32,000 nucleotides of DNA from Pirellula staleyi DSM 6068. Lineage in GTDB: Bacteria; Planctomycetota; Planctomycetia; Pirellulales; Pirellulaceae. The position numbers and the translations under genes were made by a program. The stretch spans positions 3,660,001 through 3,692,000 of the forward strand of contig CP001848.1 in NCBI GenBank assembly GCA_000025185.1, read 5' to 3'. Within the stretch, counting starts at the first letter, position 1. Each line of letters opens with the position of its first letter. The notes under the pieces are model-generated. The model made no database searches. It saw only the letters and a program-made list of their open reading frames with translations, and had not been told where the DNA came from. Below are positions 1 through 8,952 of this stretch, one piece after another.

Positions 1-2
1 AT

Positions 3-2186
3 GCCACCGGCAACGCGGAAGCAGAAGTCGCACTCGATCGTTACAAGACCACGCAAATGATCGTTAACGATCAAAAGACGTGGCAGCATATCGTGACGAT
101 GATCAAAAGCGGCGCGATGCCGCCCGAAGATTCACCACAGCCTTCGTCGGCCGAGCGGACGCGTCTTGTCCAGTGGCTCGAGCAAACGATGTACTACGTC
201 GATTGCACCGGGGCTCCCGATCCGGGGCGCGTTACGATTCGCCGCCTCAATCGCGCGGAGTACAACAACACCATTCGCGACATGCTCGGTGTAACGTTCA
301 AGCCCGCCGATGATTTCCCCTCCGACGACGTGGGAAGCGGATTCGATAACATCGGCGATGTCCTTTCGTTGCCACCGCTGCTGATGGAAAAGTATCTCGC
401 CGCTGCTGAGCAGATTGCCACGAGTGTGATCGTCGACGATCCCATGAAACTCGTCGGCACCATCACGCTGCAAGGTAATAAACTCGAAGGGCGTGGCGCG
501 GCCAAACTCGATACTCGCACCAATCGCTGGGGTATGCCGTCGGCCGGTGGAGTCGGTGCAAAGTTCACCATCGAACAACCAGGAAACTACGTCGTTCGCA
601 TCGTTGCAACCGCCACCGAAGCGGGCAACGAGCCAGCCAAACTATTGGTGCGTGTCGACAAACGTAGCGAAGAAATCAGTGTCCGGTCGCGTGGCGGCCG
701 ACGTACGCCGATGGAAATTCGCACTCGACTTGCTGCGGGCGAACATTTCGTTTCGGCCGAATTCATCAACGATTTTTACGATCCTGATGCAAAAGACCCG
801 ACCAAACGCGATCGTAATGTCACCCTCGAAACAATCGAAGTTGCAGGTCCCCTCGAGATCAAGCCCGATCAATATCCTGTGGCCCATCGCAAGTTGATTA
901 CGGCCACACCTTCGTCGACAACCACCGTACTCGATGCGGCACAAACTAGTTTGCGCCCCTTTGTGAATCGCGCCTTTCGCCGGCGTGTGAACGAAGATGA
1001 AATTCGCAAGTATGCCCAGTTGGTCGATGCCAGCGTGCGTGATGGCGACAACTACGAACAAGGGATGCAGGTGGCTGTGATCGCCGTCCTCTGCTCTCCC
1101 CATTTTTTGTTTCGGATCGAACAAGATCCCAATCCCAACGATCCCAAGAACGCCCATCTCGTCGGCGACTACGAGCTTGCTACGCGGCTGTCGTATTTTC
1201 TATGGAGCAGCTTGCCCGATAACGAGCTTTTTTTGCTGGCTACCTCGGGAAAACTTCGCGAAGAGCAAACCCTCCGCGAGCAAGTCAAGCGGATGCTCGC
1301 CGACGATCGTTCGCAGGCACTGGCCGACAACTTTGCCAGTCAGTGGCTGAATTTGCGTTTGCTCGATTCGGCCTCTCCTGATCCTGGCGAGTTCAAAGAC
1401 TTTAGTCCCGAACTAAAATCCGACATGCAGCGAGAAACGCTCGCCTTCTTCATGTCGGTGGTGAAAGAAGATCGCAGCGTTCTCGACTTTATCGACGGTA
1501 AGTTCTCGTTCCTCAACGAGCGTCTTGCAAAGCATTACGGCATCAAAGATGTCAGTGGCGACGAGTTCCAGCTGGTGAGTCTCAGCGGAACCAATCGTGG
1601 CGGAGTGCTCACGCATGCCAGCATCCTCACGCTTACGAGTAACCCCGAACGAACGTCGCCGGTGAAGCGAGGGAAGTGGATTCTCGACAACATGCTAGGG
1701 GCTCCACCGCCGGAACCACCTGCCGATGTGCCGCAACTCGATGCGACCCAGAAAGCCCAACCGGGACTCTCGCTCCGAAAACAGCTGGAAATACATCGCG
1801 AAAACGCCGTTTGTGCATCGTGTCATCGCACCATGGACGCACTTGGTTTTGGTCTCGAAAACTTCGATGCCATTGGCAAGTTTCGCGAGAAAGAAAAAGG
1901 ACAGGCGATCGACTCTTCCGGCACATTGCCTGAGGGAGAGTCGTTCCAAGGGCCCGTGGAACTTGCGAAAGTTCTGCGTGGCAAACCGAATGAATTTACC
2001 CGCTGCATGACCGAAAAAATGCTCACCTACGCCTTAGGGCGCGGGCTTGTGCACTACGATCGCTGCAGCGTCGACAAGATTACGAAGCAGGTGGCAGGGC
2101 AAGAGTATCGTTTCTCGGCTCTCGTGACCGAAATTGTACTGAGTGATCCATTCCGCAAACGCCGAGGAGATGGTGGCCAGCCATGA
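3..2186 (+). CDS. Planctomycete DUF1592/DUF1588/DUF1585-family protein (PSD/PSCyt-type multidomain protein), 5'-truncated by the window edge
   Basis: The frame is open from nt 3 through the first ATG at 57 (...GNAEAEVALDRYKTTQ-MIVND...), so the gene starts upstream of the window. Family-typical motifs: 'IKSGAMPPED' (end of a planctomycete cytochrome-like module), 'RRLNRAEYNNTIRDMLG', 'RLSYFLWSSLPDNELF', 'FASQWLNLR', 'GVLTHASILTLTS', and C-terminal 'CASCHRTMDALGFGLENFD' with CxxCH at 1812-1826. The stop overlaps the next start (ATGA, 2183-2186). Confidence 0.85.
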   Translation, partial: ATGNAEAEVALDRYKTTQMIVNDQKTWQHIVTMIKSGAMPPEDSPQPSSAERTRLVQWLEQTMYYVDCTGAPDPGRVTIRRLNRAEYNNTIRDMLGVTFKPADDFPSDDVGSGFDNIGDVLSLPPLLMEKYLAAAEQIATSVIVDDPMKLVGTITLQGNKLEGRGAAKLDTRTNRWGMPSAGGVGAKFTIEQPGNYVVRIVATATEAGNEPAKLLVRVDKRSEEISVRSRGGRRTPMEIRTRLAAGEHFVSAEFINDFYDPDAKDPTKRDRNVTLETIEVAGPLEIKPDQYPVAHRKLITATPSSTTTVLDAAQTSLRPFVNRAFRRRVNEDEIRKYAQLVDASVRDGDNYEQGMQVAVIAVLCSPHFLFRIEQDPNPNDPKNAHLVGDYELATRLSYFLWSSLPDNELFLLATSGKLREEQTLREQVKRMLADDRSQALADNFASQWLNLRLLDSASPDPGEFKDFSPELKSDMQRETLAFFMSVVKEDRSVLDFIDGKFSFLNERLAKHYGIKDVSGDEFQLVSLSGTNRGGVLTHASILTLTSNPERTSPVKRGKWILDNMLGAPPPEPPADVPQLDATQKAQPGLSLRKQLEIHRENAVCASCHRTMDALGFGLENFDAIGKFREKEKGQAIDSSGTLPEGESFQGPVELAKVLRGKPNEFTRCMTEKMLTYALGRGLVHYDRCSVDKITKQVAGQEYRFSALVTEIVLSDPFRKRRGDGGQP

Positions 2187-3535
2187 CACTCATTCAAAAG
2201 CCTGAAGCAAAAATCAGCCGACGCACGATGCTCCGTGGAGCAACTTGTTTGCTCGGATTGCCGCTCCTGGAAGCGATGAATGCCAGCACAGTGATGGGGG
2301 CGGCACCATCGTCCGCACCTGTTCGGATGGCCTGCATCTTCTTCCCGAACGGCGCGATCATGCCCGAGTGGCGTCCCAAAGGTGAGGGGAAGTCATTCGA
2401 GTTTGGTAAGACGCTCAAGCCTCTCACTGAACTAAAAAATGAGGTGACCATGATCACCGGCCTGGCGCAGGACAATGGCCGGGCGAAGGGTGATGGTCCA
2501 GGCGATCACGCGCGATCGGCTGCGTCGTTCCTCACCGGCGCTCATCCGGTGAAAACGTCGGGCGCGAACATCAAGTGTGGTATGTCGGTCGATCAGGTCG
2601 CGGCTCAAAAGGTGGCCTATCAAACTCGTTTGCCATCGCTCGAACTCGGTACAGAACGTGGACGCGATGCAGGTGGTTGCGACAGCGGCTACAGCTGCGC
2701 GTATAGCAACACGATCTCGTGGAAGTCTGAAACCACGCCGATGGCCAAGGAGATCAATCCTCGTGCTGTTTTCGAGCGGCTGTTTGGCTCCTCGCGCGAT
2801 CTCTCCGGCGATGCCAAGCGAAACGCTCGCGTTCGCCGCAGTGTGCTCGACTTAGTCCAGCAAGACGCCCAACAACTTCGCTCGAGCCTGGGGCAGACGG
2901 ATCAACGCAAGCTCGATGAATACCTGACCGGCGTTCGCGAAATCGAAATGCGAATTGCCAAGATGGAAGATGCTGCGAAGCAGGAGCCCCCTAAGTTTGC
3001 GACGCCTGAATCGGTCCCCACCGACATTCGGGAGCACGTGCGGCTGATGTACGACCTGATGGCACTCGCTTTTCAAACCGACACCACGCGGGTCAGTACG
3101 TTCATGCTCGCCAATGAAGGGAGCAATCGGAGCTACAAATTTGTGGGGGTCAACAGTGGCCACCACGAACTGTCGCACCATCGCAATGAAGCCGACAAGA
3201 TGGAGCTGATCAGCCGCATCGATCTCTTCTTTGCTGAAGAGTTTGCCCGGTTCCTTAAAACCTTGAAGAACTCGAAGGAAGAGGGTGGATCGGTGCTCGA
3301 CAACAGCATGATTCTCTACGGCAGCGGACTTTCGGATGGCAACCGCCATCAGCATCACGATCTGCCGATTGTGCTTGCCGGCCGCGGTGGTGGCACCATC
3401 AACTCCGGGCGGCATATCGTGCTGAAAGACGAAACGCCGCTCAACAATCTCTTCTGCTCGATGCTCGACCGGATGGGAACTAAAGTTGACCGCCTCGGCG
3501 ACGCCAGCGGCACCCTCTCCGAACTCGACACCTAA
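2183..3535 (+). CDS. DUF1552 (HXXSHH-motif) family protein with twin-arginine-type signal
   Basis: 450-aa ORF with ATG at 2183. Tat-like N-terminus 'SRRTMLRGATCLLGLPLLEA'. Family-defining HxxSHH motif 'HELSHH' at 3164-3181. Its position as downstream partner of a DUF1592-family gene is the usual planctomycete pairing. Confidence 0.85.
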   Translation: MTLIQKPEAKISRRTMLRGATCLLGLPLLEAMNASTVMGAAPSSAPVRMACIFFPNGAIMPEWRPKGEGKSFEFGKTLKPLTELKNEVTMITGLAQDNGRAKGDGPGDHARSAASFLTGAHPVKTSGANIKCGMSVDQVAAQKVAYQTRLPSLELGTERGRDAGGCDSGYSCAYSNTISWKSETTPMAKEINPRAVFERLFGSSRDLSGDAKRNARVRRSVLDLVQQDAQQLRSSLGQTDQRKLDEYLTGVREIEMRIAKMEDAAKQEPPKFATPESVPTDIREHVRLMYDLMALAFQTDTTRVSTFMLANEGSNRSYKFVGVNSGHHELSHHRNEADKMELISRIDLFFAEEFARFLKTLKNSKEEGGSVLDNSMILYGSGLSDGNRHQHHDLPIVLAGRGGGTINSGRHIVLKDETPLNNLFCSMLDRMGTKVDRLGDASGTLSELDT

Positions 3536-3583
3536 CGCTGTTCGCTTGAAACCGATGCGATGTTGTCGAACAATCCGGCATAG

Positions 3584-3635
3584 GTCAGCTGCAGTTTCAC
3601 GCAGCTGACAAAAGCATCGCAATGCTTTCCTTCTT
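3584..3635 (+). terminator. Tandem hairpins downstream of the DUF1552 gene (candidate intrinsic terminator)
   Basis: First hairpin: GTCAGCTGC (3584-3592), 8-nt loop, GCAGCTGAC (3601-3609). Second hairpin: AAAGCAT (3611-3617), CGCA loop, ATGCTTT (3622-3628), followed by the T-rich run CCTTCTT. The site lies between convergent genes. Confidence 0.5.
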
Positions 3636-3695
3636 AAAATCGCAGATTTCACAAAATCGTATCTGAAATGAACGATTGAGGGATTCAAGGGTGTA

Positions 3696-4442
3696 TTAGC
3701 GCCCTACCAGCAGCCGATCGCCATGCATGTTGTCGATTAAGGGATTCGAGTGAATCTTGGCTATGGTGGTTCGAATGTCGTATTCCACCCTGTGAAAAGT
3801 GATTGTAGCTCCATCGATCGTGAGAAAAGCAGCTCGAGAATCACCATCGCGTGGCTGACCGACGGATCCGGCGTTCACCAATATTTTGTGATGGGGAAGT
3901 AGTTCGTACGACGGATTCGCGGCGGCGTCAACGAACGTCCAGTGACCTGTTTCATTGCGCTCAAACAGGCATTGATAATGCGTGTGTCCAACGACACATG
4001 CGATGTCGAATTGAGTGGCAATTCGCTCTAACTTTAACGTGTGGTAGATGTCTTCAGGAAAGAGGAATTCACGCACGTCCGCTGGAGTTGCATGAGTGAA
4101 ATGCCAGCCATCTTGCAGATGTGACCGTTGAAAAGATCGCATTAACTTCAGCAGGTGGGCTGAATCGGGCGAAGTACGAATCCGCTCAGAGACCCGCTGA
4201 ATCTCACGATTGAGGAATGGATTCCATTGACCGGGATCATGGTCGAGCACCGCGCATTCCCAATCGCCTGCGATCAGAACATCCCAATCGGCAGAGCGCC
4301 TCAGGCATTCAGCCGAATCTGGACCATAGCCCACGAGATCACCAAGGCAAATAATACGATCAGCACGAAGACGACCGATTTCGTCGAGCACTGCATCGAG
4401 TGCTTCGACGTTGCCGTGGATATCGCTGATCACTGCGTCCAT
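3696..4442 (-). CDS. Metallophosphoesterase family protein (ApaH/COG0639-like calcineurin-fold phosphoesterase)
   Basis: 248 aa with ATG at 4442. Motifs 'VISDIHGN', 'LGDLVGYGPD', 'VVGHTH' and 'NAGSVGQPRDGD'. Motif III reads GDWE (4257-4268) instead of the usual GNH(D/E). The start lies 29 nt downstream of the glgB stop on the same strand. Confidence 0.8.
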   Translation of the reverse strand: MDAVISDIHGNVEALDAVLDEIGRLRADRIICLGDLVGYGPDSAECLRRSADWDVLIAGDWECAVLDHDPGQWNPFLNREIQRVSERIRTSPDSAHLLKLMRSFQRSHLQDGWHFTHATPADVREFLFPEDIYHTLKLERIATQFDIACVVGHTHYQCLFERNETGHWTFVDAAANPSYELLPHHKILVNAGSVGQPRDGDSRAAFLTIDGATITFHRVEYDIRTTIAKIHSNPLIDNMHGDRLLVGR

Positions 4443-4471
4443 TGGTTTTTGCCCAAGTACGCGAATGCAAG

Positions 4472-6709
4472 TTACTCAACCGGTGGAGTCGTTTGCTCGT
4501 AGCGAGGTTTGAAGACTACAACGCCTAGTGGTGGAACGTTGATGGTGATTTTGGCGGGGCGGCCGTGCCAGCCGGGAGCTTCTGCCAACGCGCCGCTGAT
4601 GTTCCCCACGTTGCTGCCGCCATAGAACTTCGAGTCGGTGTTGAGCACCTCGTCGTACCACCCAGCGAACGGCACACCCAGGGCAAAATTCTTCCGAGGC
4701 ACTGGGGTAAAGTTGCAGCAGACCACCAGGCAGTCGTCTCCATCCTTCGCTTTGCGGACGTAGGAGAGAATGCTTTCGTCGCGGCTGTTGCAGTCGATCC
4801 ATTCAAAACCAGCGGGATCGAAATCGAGTTCGTGCATCGCTGGTTCGTGAATCAGCAGCTTGTTGAGGTCCGACATTAGCTGCTTCACACCGCCGTGGGT
4901 TTCCCATTGCAGCAGGTCCCACTGCAATTCGCTGTCGTGGTTCCATTCGTTCCACTGGCCGAACTCGCAGCCCATGAACAGCAGCTTTTTGCCTGGATGC
5001 GTCCACATATAGGCGTAGAGCAAACGCAAGTTGGCAAACTTCTGCCACAGGTCGCCTGGCATCTGGTCGAGCAGCGACTTTTTGCCATGCACCACTTCGT
5101 CGTGCGACAGTGGGAGTGCGAAGTTCTCGGTGTAGGCATAGATCAGGCTAAAGGTTAGCTGATCGTGATGGTGGCGGCGATGAATCGGATCTTGCTTCAT
5201 GAAGCGAAGCGTATCGTTCATCCACCCCATGTTCCATTTGATGCTAAAGCCCAAGCCACCCACATCGGTTGGGCGCGATACGCCACCCCAAGCAGTGCTC
5301 TCCTCGGCGATCGTCATCACCCCAGGGTGATATTTGTGTGTTTGAATGTTGAAATCGCGAAGGAACGAAATCGCTTCGAGATTCTCGCGTCCACCATGAA
5401 TGTTGGGGACCCATTCGCCCTCTTTGCGACTGTAGTCGAGGTAGAGCATCGAAGCGACGGCGTCGACGCGCAGTCCATCGATGTGATACTTCTCGAGCCA
5501 GAAGAGAGCGTTGGCGAGCAGGAAGTTTTTCACTTCGCAGCGGCCATAGTTGAAGATCATCGTTCCCCAGTCGGGGTGCTCGCCTTTGCGGGGATCTTCG
5601 TGTTCGTAGAGCGCGGTGCCATCGAAACGACGCAGCCCGTGCGCATCTTTGGGAAAGTGCGCGGGGACCCAGTCGAGGATCACACCAATGTCGTTTTGAT
5701 GGCAGTAGTCGACGAAGTACATGAAGTCTTCGGGAGTGCCATAACGGCTGGTGGCGGCGAAGTAGCCGACCGTTTGATAGCCCCAGCTGCCGGTGTAAGG
5801 ATGCTCGCTGATCGGTAGCAACTCGAGATGGGTGTAGTTCATCTCTTTGCAGTAGGCGACGAGCTGATGCGCGAGATCGCGATACGACAGCCAGCCGTGC
5901 GTGCGATGTGCACTGCGGCGCCAACTTCCGAGGTGCACTTCGTAGACCGACATCGGCTCGTGCAGATAGTTGCTGTTCTTGCGTTTCTCCATCCAGGCAT
6001 CATCGTTCCAGTGATGACGCGTGAGATCAGTGACGATCGAAGCGGTGCTCGGCGGAAGTTCAGCGGCAAATCCAAAGGGATCGCTCTTGTCGATCACTTC
6101 GCCCCAGCGGCTCTTCACGCGGAACTTGTACTTTTGACCTGCGTCGAGCGCGGGGACAAAAAGTTCCCACACACCGCCACTGGCGGCGCGCTTCATCGGA
6201 TGACGGCGACCATCCCACTGGTTGAAATCGCCAACCACACTCACGCTTTGGGCATTGGGAGCCCACAGAGCAAAGTTCGTCCCTTTAACCCCAGAGACTT
6301 CGCGCAGCTGCGCCCCGAATTTATCGTGGGCCCTGAGCAGTTCCCCCTTGCCGAACAAATAGCGATCGAAATCGGTGAGGTAGGGCTCAAAGGCATAAGG
6401 ATCATGCAGCGTCGTCATCTCGCCCCCTTCGCTTGCAACGCGAAGTTGATACGGCGGCCAGGTGCGATCCTCAGGGAGTGGGCAAATCGCCTCGTAGAGA
6501 CCTGCAGGGTGAATGCGTCGCATAGGTCGCGACATTTGGTGAGAACTATCCACCACCCAGGCCTGTTTACTATCCGGAAGGAACGCCCGCACCGCCAAAG
6601 CCCGGCGTCCTTCATGTTCTATCTCTTGCGGCCCCAGAACCGTGTTGGGGTTTTCGATCGTTCCGTCGAGTAAGGCTGCTACACCTTCGAGTGTTACGCT
6701 GGTTCGCAC
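4472..6709 (-). CDS. glgB: 1,4-alpha-glucan branching enzyme GlgB (GH13)
   Basis: 745 aa. GH13 branching-enzyme motifs 'GVILDWVPAHFPKD', 'GLRVDAVASMLYLDY', 'MTIAEESTAWGG' and 'FALPLSHDEVVHGK'. GTG start at 6707-6709 is preceded by AAGGAG (6717-6722) with a 7-nt spacer. Confidence 0.95.
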   Translation of the reverse strand: MRTSVTLEGVAALLDGTIENPNTVLGPQEIEHEGRRALAVRAFLPDSKQAWVVDSSHQMSRPMRRIHPAGLYEAICPLPEDRTWPPYQLRVASEGGEMTTLHDPYAFEPYLTDFDRYLFGKGELLRAHDKFGAQLREVSGVKGTNFALWAPNAQSVSVVGDFNQWDGRRHPMKRAASGGVWELFVPALDAGQKYKFRVKSRWGEVIDKSDPFGFAAELPPSTASIVTDLTRHHWNDDAWMEKRKNSNYLHEPMSVYEVHLGSWRRSAHRTHGWLSYRDLAHQLVAYCKEMNYTHLELLPISEHPYTGSWGYQTVGYFAATSRYGTPEDFMYFVDYCHQNDIGVILDWVPAHFPKDAHGLRRFDGTALYEHEDPRKGEHPDWGTMIFNYGRCEVKNFLLANALFWLEKYHIDGLRVDAVASMLYLDYSRKEGEWVPNIHGGRENLEAISFLRDFNIQTHKYHPGVMTIAEESTAWGGVSRPTDVGGLGFSIKWNMGWMNDTLRFMKQDPIHRRHHHDQLTFSLIYAYTENFALPLSHDEVVHGKKSLLDQMPGDLWQKFANLRLLYAYMWTHPGKKLLFMGCEFGQWNEWNHDSELQWDLLQWETHGGVKQLMSDLNKLLIHEPAMHELDFDPAGFEWIDCNSRDESILSYVRKAKDGDDCLVVCCNFTPVPRKNFALGVPFAGWYDEVLNTDSKFYGGSNVGNISGALAEAPGWHGRPAKITINVPPLGVVVFKPRYEQTTPPVE

Positions 6710-6821
6710 CTTCGAACTCCTTTACGTTATCGCGAGGGCCGGCAAGGTTGCGACACTCTTTATGCCCGTCTTTTCCTAAAATCACAATGCCTGCCGTAGT
6801 GTTCTTCCTGACCGGAAAAAC

Positions 6822-7454
6822 CTACTGGCCCGCTCCCAGCCCAAGAGTGGGAACCAGCTGCGCGATCGACGCCACTAGCCAATTCCAAATTCTCGGATTT
6901 TCCGAACTTTCTGCAGGCACGTTGCGGCTCGAAGCCACCTGGTGAGGGCGATCCACACGCCATTGCTTGCCGTCGCTGGTGGATAGTTGGCGCGACGACT
7001 CTTCGCCGATGGCTGGCCGATTCGCTGCTAGCGGTGGCGACAGATCGTCGATCACCGGCTCGAGGGGGCGGGCATCTACCACGTGAATCTGCATCGCTTG
7101 ATCGATCCGCTGCCACAGATCGCGGTGCTTCACCGGAGTCATTTGACCAAACCGCTCCCACTCCCATTCATTCTCGCGCCACTGCGAAATTCCGTAGCGC
7201 AGGCCACGCAAAACCGTGGTGCTACGTGTGACCAGTGTCACTTTCGAGGGCTGATCGAGCGCCTCGAGGCCTCGAACTATGGCCAGAAGCTCGAGACGTT
7301 CGCCGGTAGCACCCGGTTCTTCGTCCGCAGCGGAGGTCGCGAGGGCGTTGTCGGTCGAGCGAAGCTCAAATTCCCAAATTCCCGACTCACGGCTGGAGGC
7401 TGTGGCGGAATGGGAGCGCGAAAACAACAGAAAGTGCGGTGTTCTGGTGGGCAT
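6822..7454 (-). CDS. RNase HI-like domain protein with substituted catalytic residues plus about 85-aa C-terminal extension
   Basis: By-eye ungapped similarity to E. coli RNase HI. 'TGERLELLAIVRGLEAL' matches 'TNNRMELMAAIVALEAL', and 'PVKHRDLWQRIDQAM' matches 'PVKNVDLWQRLDAAL'. I prefer the ATG at 7454 ('MPTRTPHFLLFSRSHS', which aligns with the RNase HI N-terminus) over the track's GTG at 7538. Confidence 0.65.
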   Translation of the reverse strand: MPTRTPHFLLFSRSHSATASSRESGIWEFELRSTDNALATSAADEEPGATGERLELLAIVRGLEALDQPSKVTLVTRSTTVLRGLRYGISQWRENEWEWERFGQMTPVKHRDLWQRIDQAMQIHVVDARPLEPVIDDLSPPLAANRPAIGEESSRQLSTSDGKQWRVDRPHQVASSRNVPAESSENPRIWNWLVASIAQLVPTLGLGAGQ

Positions 7455-7794
7455 TTCGTAACTTGCAAGCTTCGAAGATGGTCGGCAAGCAGCTGGAGCT
7501 GGCAAACCGTTTCGCGAGTGGCAAATCCGTCCTGACACGCAGAGCCCGCCTGGCCCTGACCCGAAAATTTGCTGATTTTTATCTCAGCACACCTACTATC
7601 GTCAGCCGCGACCTATATTCTCCACCTTTCCTTCGCCCGACGTTTTGCGCACGTCATGCGGGTCGTACGAAGCGCATCTCTTGGCCAGCCGTCGAAGTCG
7701 CATCCGCCACCCCTGGCGGAAGGTCAATCGTTACTCAAAAACGAAATACCAAAGAACCTTTGCAACTTCCCCCGAGTGGGGCAACAATGCGGCT

Positions 7795-8505
7795 ATGTCG
7801 ACGCCTGAATCCTCCTCTTCCACGACCAACTCCAGCGAATGGCATCGCCTGAAAAGCGATAATCCGTTCGCGCCGCAGCAGCGCGTCGAAGCCGCGCCTG
7901 GCAATTCAAGCAGCGTTCCGATCGATTGCGCTCTCGACAGCCCCATCGATGCTGAAATCGTTGACGACCACTCTCTCGATAAACACTGTGTCGATGCTGT
8001 GGTCGTTGATCAGGCCAGCTTCACCGGACAGAGACAACTCCACGCGAACTTGCCCGAGCGCAGAACCGAGTTCGTCGTTCCCAAACGATTTGGGCTCTTG
8101 GCATTTCTCGGAATCACCACCGCCATCTCCATTCTGTTTGGCGGTCTTCGCTTGATCGAAGCTCCCCCGAGTGCCTTCATTTTTCTCGGCCTCCAAGCCG
8201 TGCTGGTTTGCCTGGCCCAAATGTTTTGGGGGCACGAACCGCGTGTGGCATCGACTTCCGCAGGGATGTTCTTGTTTCCGATTTATTGCGTGGTCATGCT
8301 CCTGGAAGGTTCCTTCTTCTTTTTGGAAGGCGTTTGGCTATTCGTGGCCATCCCGATCGTCTCTATCGGCTCGGTTCCAGCGGGTGCAGGGCTGGGGTAC
8401 ATCGCCGGAACATGCGCCGCTGGTGTATTCTTACTGATCGACATGGGAGAGACAAAGTTGAGCGAACTCGCTGCATCTCGTTCCTCGACAACACAAGTCC
8501 CCTAG
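7795..8505 (+). CDS. Hypothetical integral membrane protein (Ser-rich soluble N-terminal half, about 4 TM helices in the C-terminal half)
   Basis: The long ORF (track 7645-8505) begins at a TTG. The first in-frame ATG is at 7795 ('MSTPESSSS'). Hydrophobic segments include 'FGLLAFLGITTAISILFGGL', 'AFIFLGLQAVLVCLAQMFW', 'MFLFPIYCVVMLLEG' and 'LFVAIPIVSIGSVPAGAGLGYIAGTCAAGVFLLI'. I recognise no family. Confidence 0.5.
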   Translation: MSTPESSSSTTNSSEWHRLKSDNPFAPQQRVEAAPGNSSSVPIDCALDSPIDAEIVDDHSLDKHCVDAVVVDQASFTGQRQLHANLPERRTEFVVPKRFGLLAFLGITTAISILFGGLRLIEAPPSAFIFLGLQAVLVCLAQMFWGHEPRVASTSAGMFLFPIYCVVMLLEGSFFFLEGVWLFVAIPIVSIGSVPAGAGLGYIAGTCAAGVFLLIDMGETKLSELAASRSSTTQVP

Positions 8506-8579
8506 TTAGCTTTCCACTTATCGCGACTCGCACACGACTTTGAGCTGCGAATTCAAAATCCAGTCAGATAGCCAGGAAC

Positions 8580-8855
8580 ATGAAAGAACATTCGCCCCTT
8601 GCTTCCACACCGGTATTCAACTGCCTGGTGCACGTGCGACAAACCGGCAGCGATGCTTATGAAGCGGTCGCCATCGAACTCGACGGAGTGATGGGGCAAG
8701 GCTCAACGCGCCGCGATGCGCTGGCGAGTGTCGTGGCCAAGTTCAAGACCGTGATGGCCGACTATGTCGCGCGTGGCGAAGCAGTACCATGGAAGCGTCC
8801 CGCGCCAGCACCTGCACCTCACGAGCAGCAAGTGTTTATTGCGGTGCATCTGTAG
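8580..8855 (+). CDS. Small hypothetical protein, possibly HicB-like/UPF0150 fold
   Basis: 91 aa with ATG at 8580 and AGGA 4 nt upstream. The pattern 'FNCLVHVRQTGSDAYEAVAIELDGVMGQGSTRRDALASVVAKFKTVMADYVARGE' resembles the strand-strand-helix layout of HicB-type antitoxin N-domains. No HicA partner is adjacent. Confidence 0.35.
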   Translation: MKEHSPLASTPVFNCLVHVRQTGSDAYEAVAIELDGVMGQGSTRRDALASVVAKFKTVMADYVARGEAVPWKRPAPAPAPHEQQVFIAVHL

Positions 8856-8952
8856 CGGTAAGTATTCTGCGTCCAGGCCGGGAGCACGTGCATTTTGCGC
8901 GGCTCGCTTTTAGGCGGAACGAATTTTCTCTCGAATTACGAACGAGGATGCG

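Noticed and set aside
2852-3688. 278-aa minus-strand ORF overlapping the DUF1552 gene
   Set aside because: This is an antisense shadow ORF. The plus strand encodes the HxxSHH family protein with a Tat signal. The minus-strand product has no motifs and runs into the terminator hairpins.
3768-3776. GGTTCGAAT, a T-loop-like string that could flag a tRNA
   Set aside because: It lies inside the metallophosphoesterase coding frame, and I could not draw flanking acceptor or anticodon stems. I saw no other tRNA-like cloverleaf in the intergenic regions. A tRNAscan-type search would settle this.
5828-6673. 281-aa plus-strand ORF, plus 5165-5818 (plus strand) and 5244-5924 (minus strand, alternative frame), inside glgB
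   Set aside because: GlgB motifs are continuous over 745 aa in one minus-strand frame. These are GC-driven spurious ORFs in other frames.
7645-7794. TTG-initiated 50-codon extension of the membrane-protein ORF; likewise the GTG extension 7455-7538 of the RNase H-like ORF
   Set aside because: Both use non-ATG starts and have basic, unstructured sequence. The downstream ATGs (7795 and 7454) give sensible N-termini, and 7454 matches the RNase HI N-terminal register. I could not verify this without ribosome or homology data, so I note it as uncertainty.
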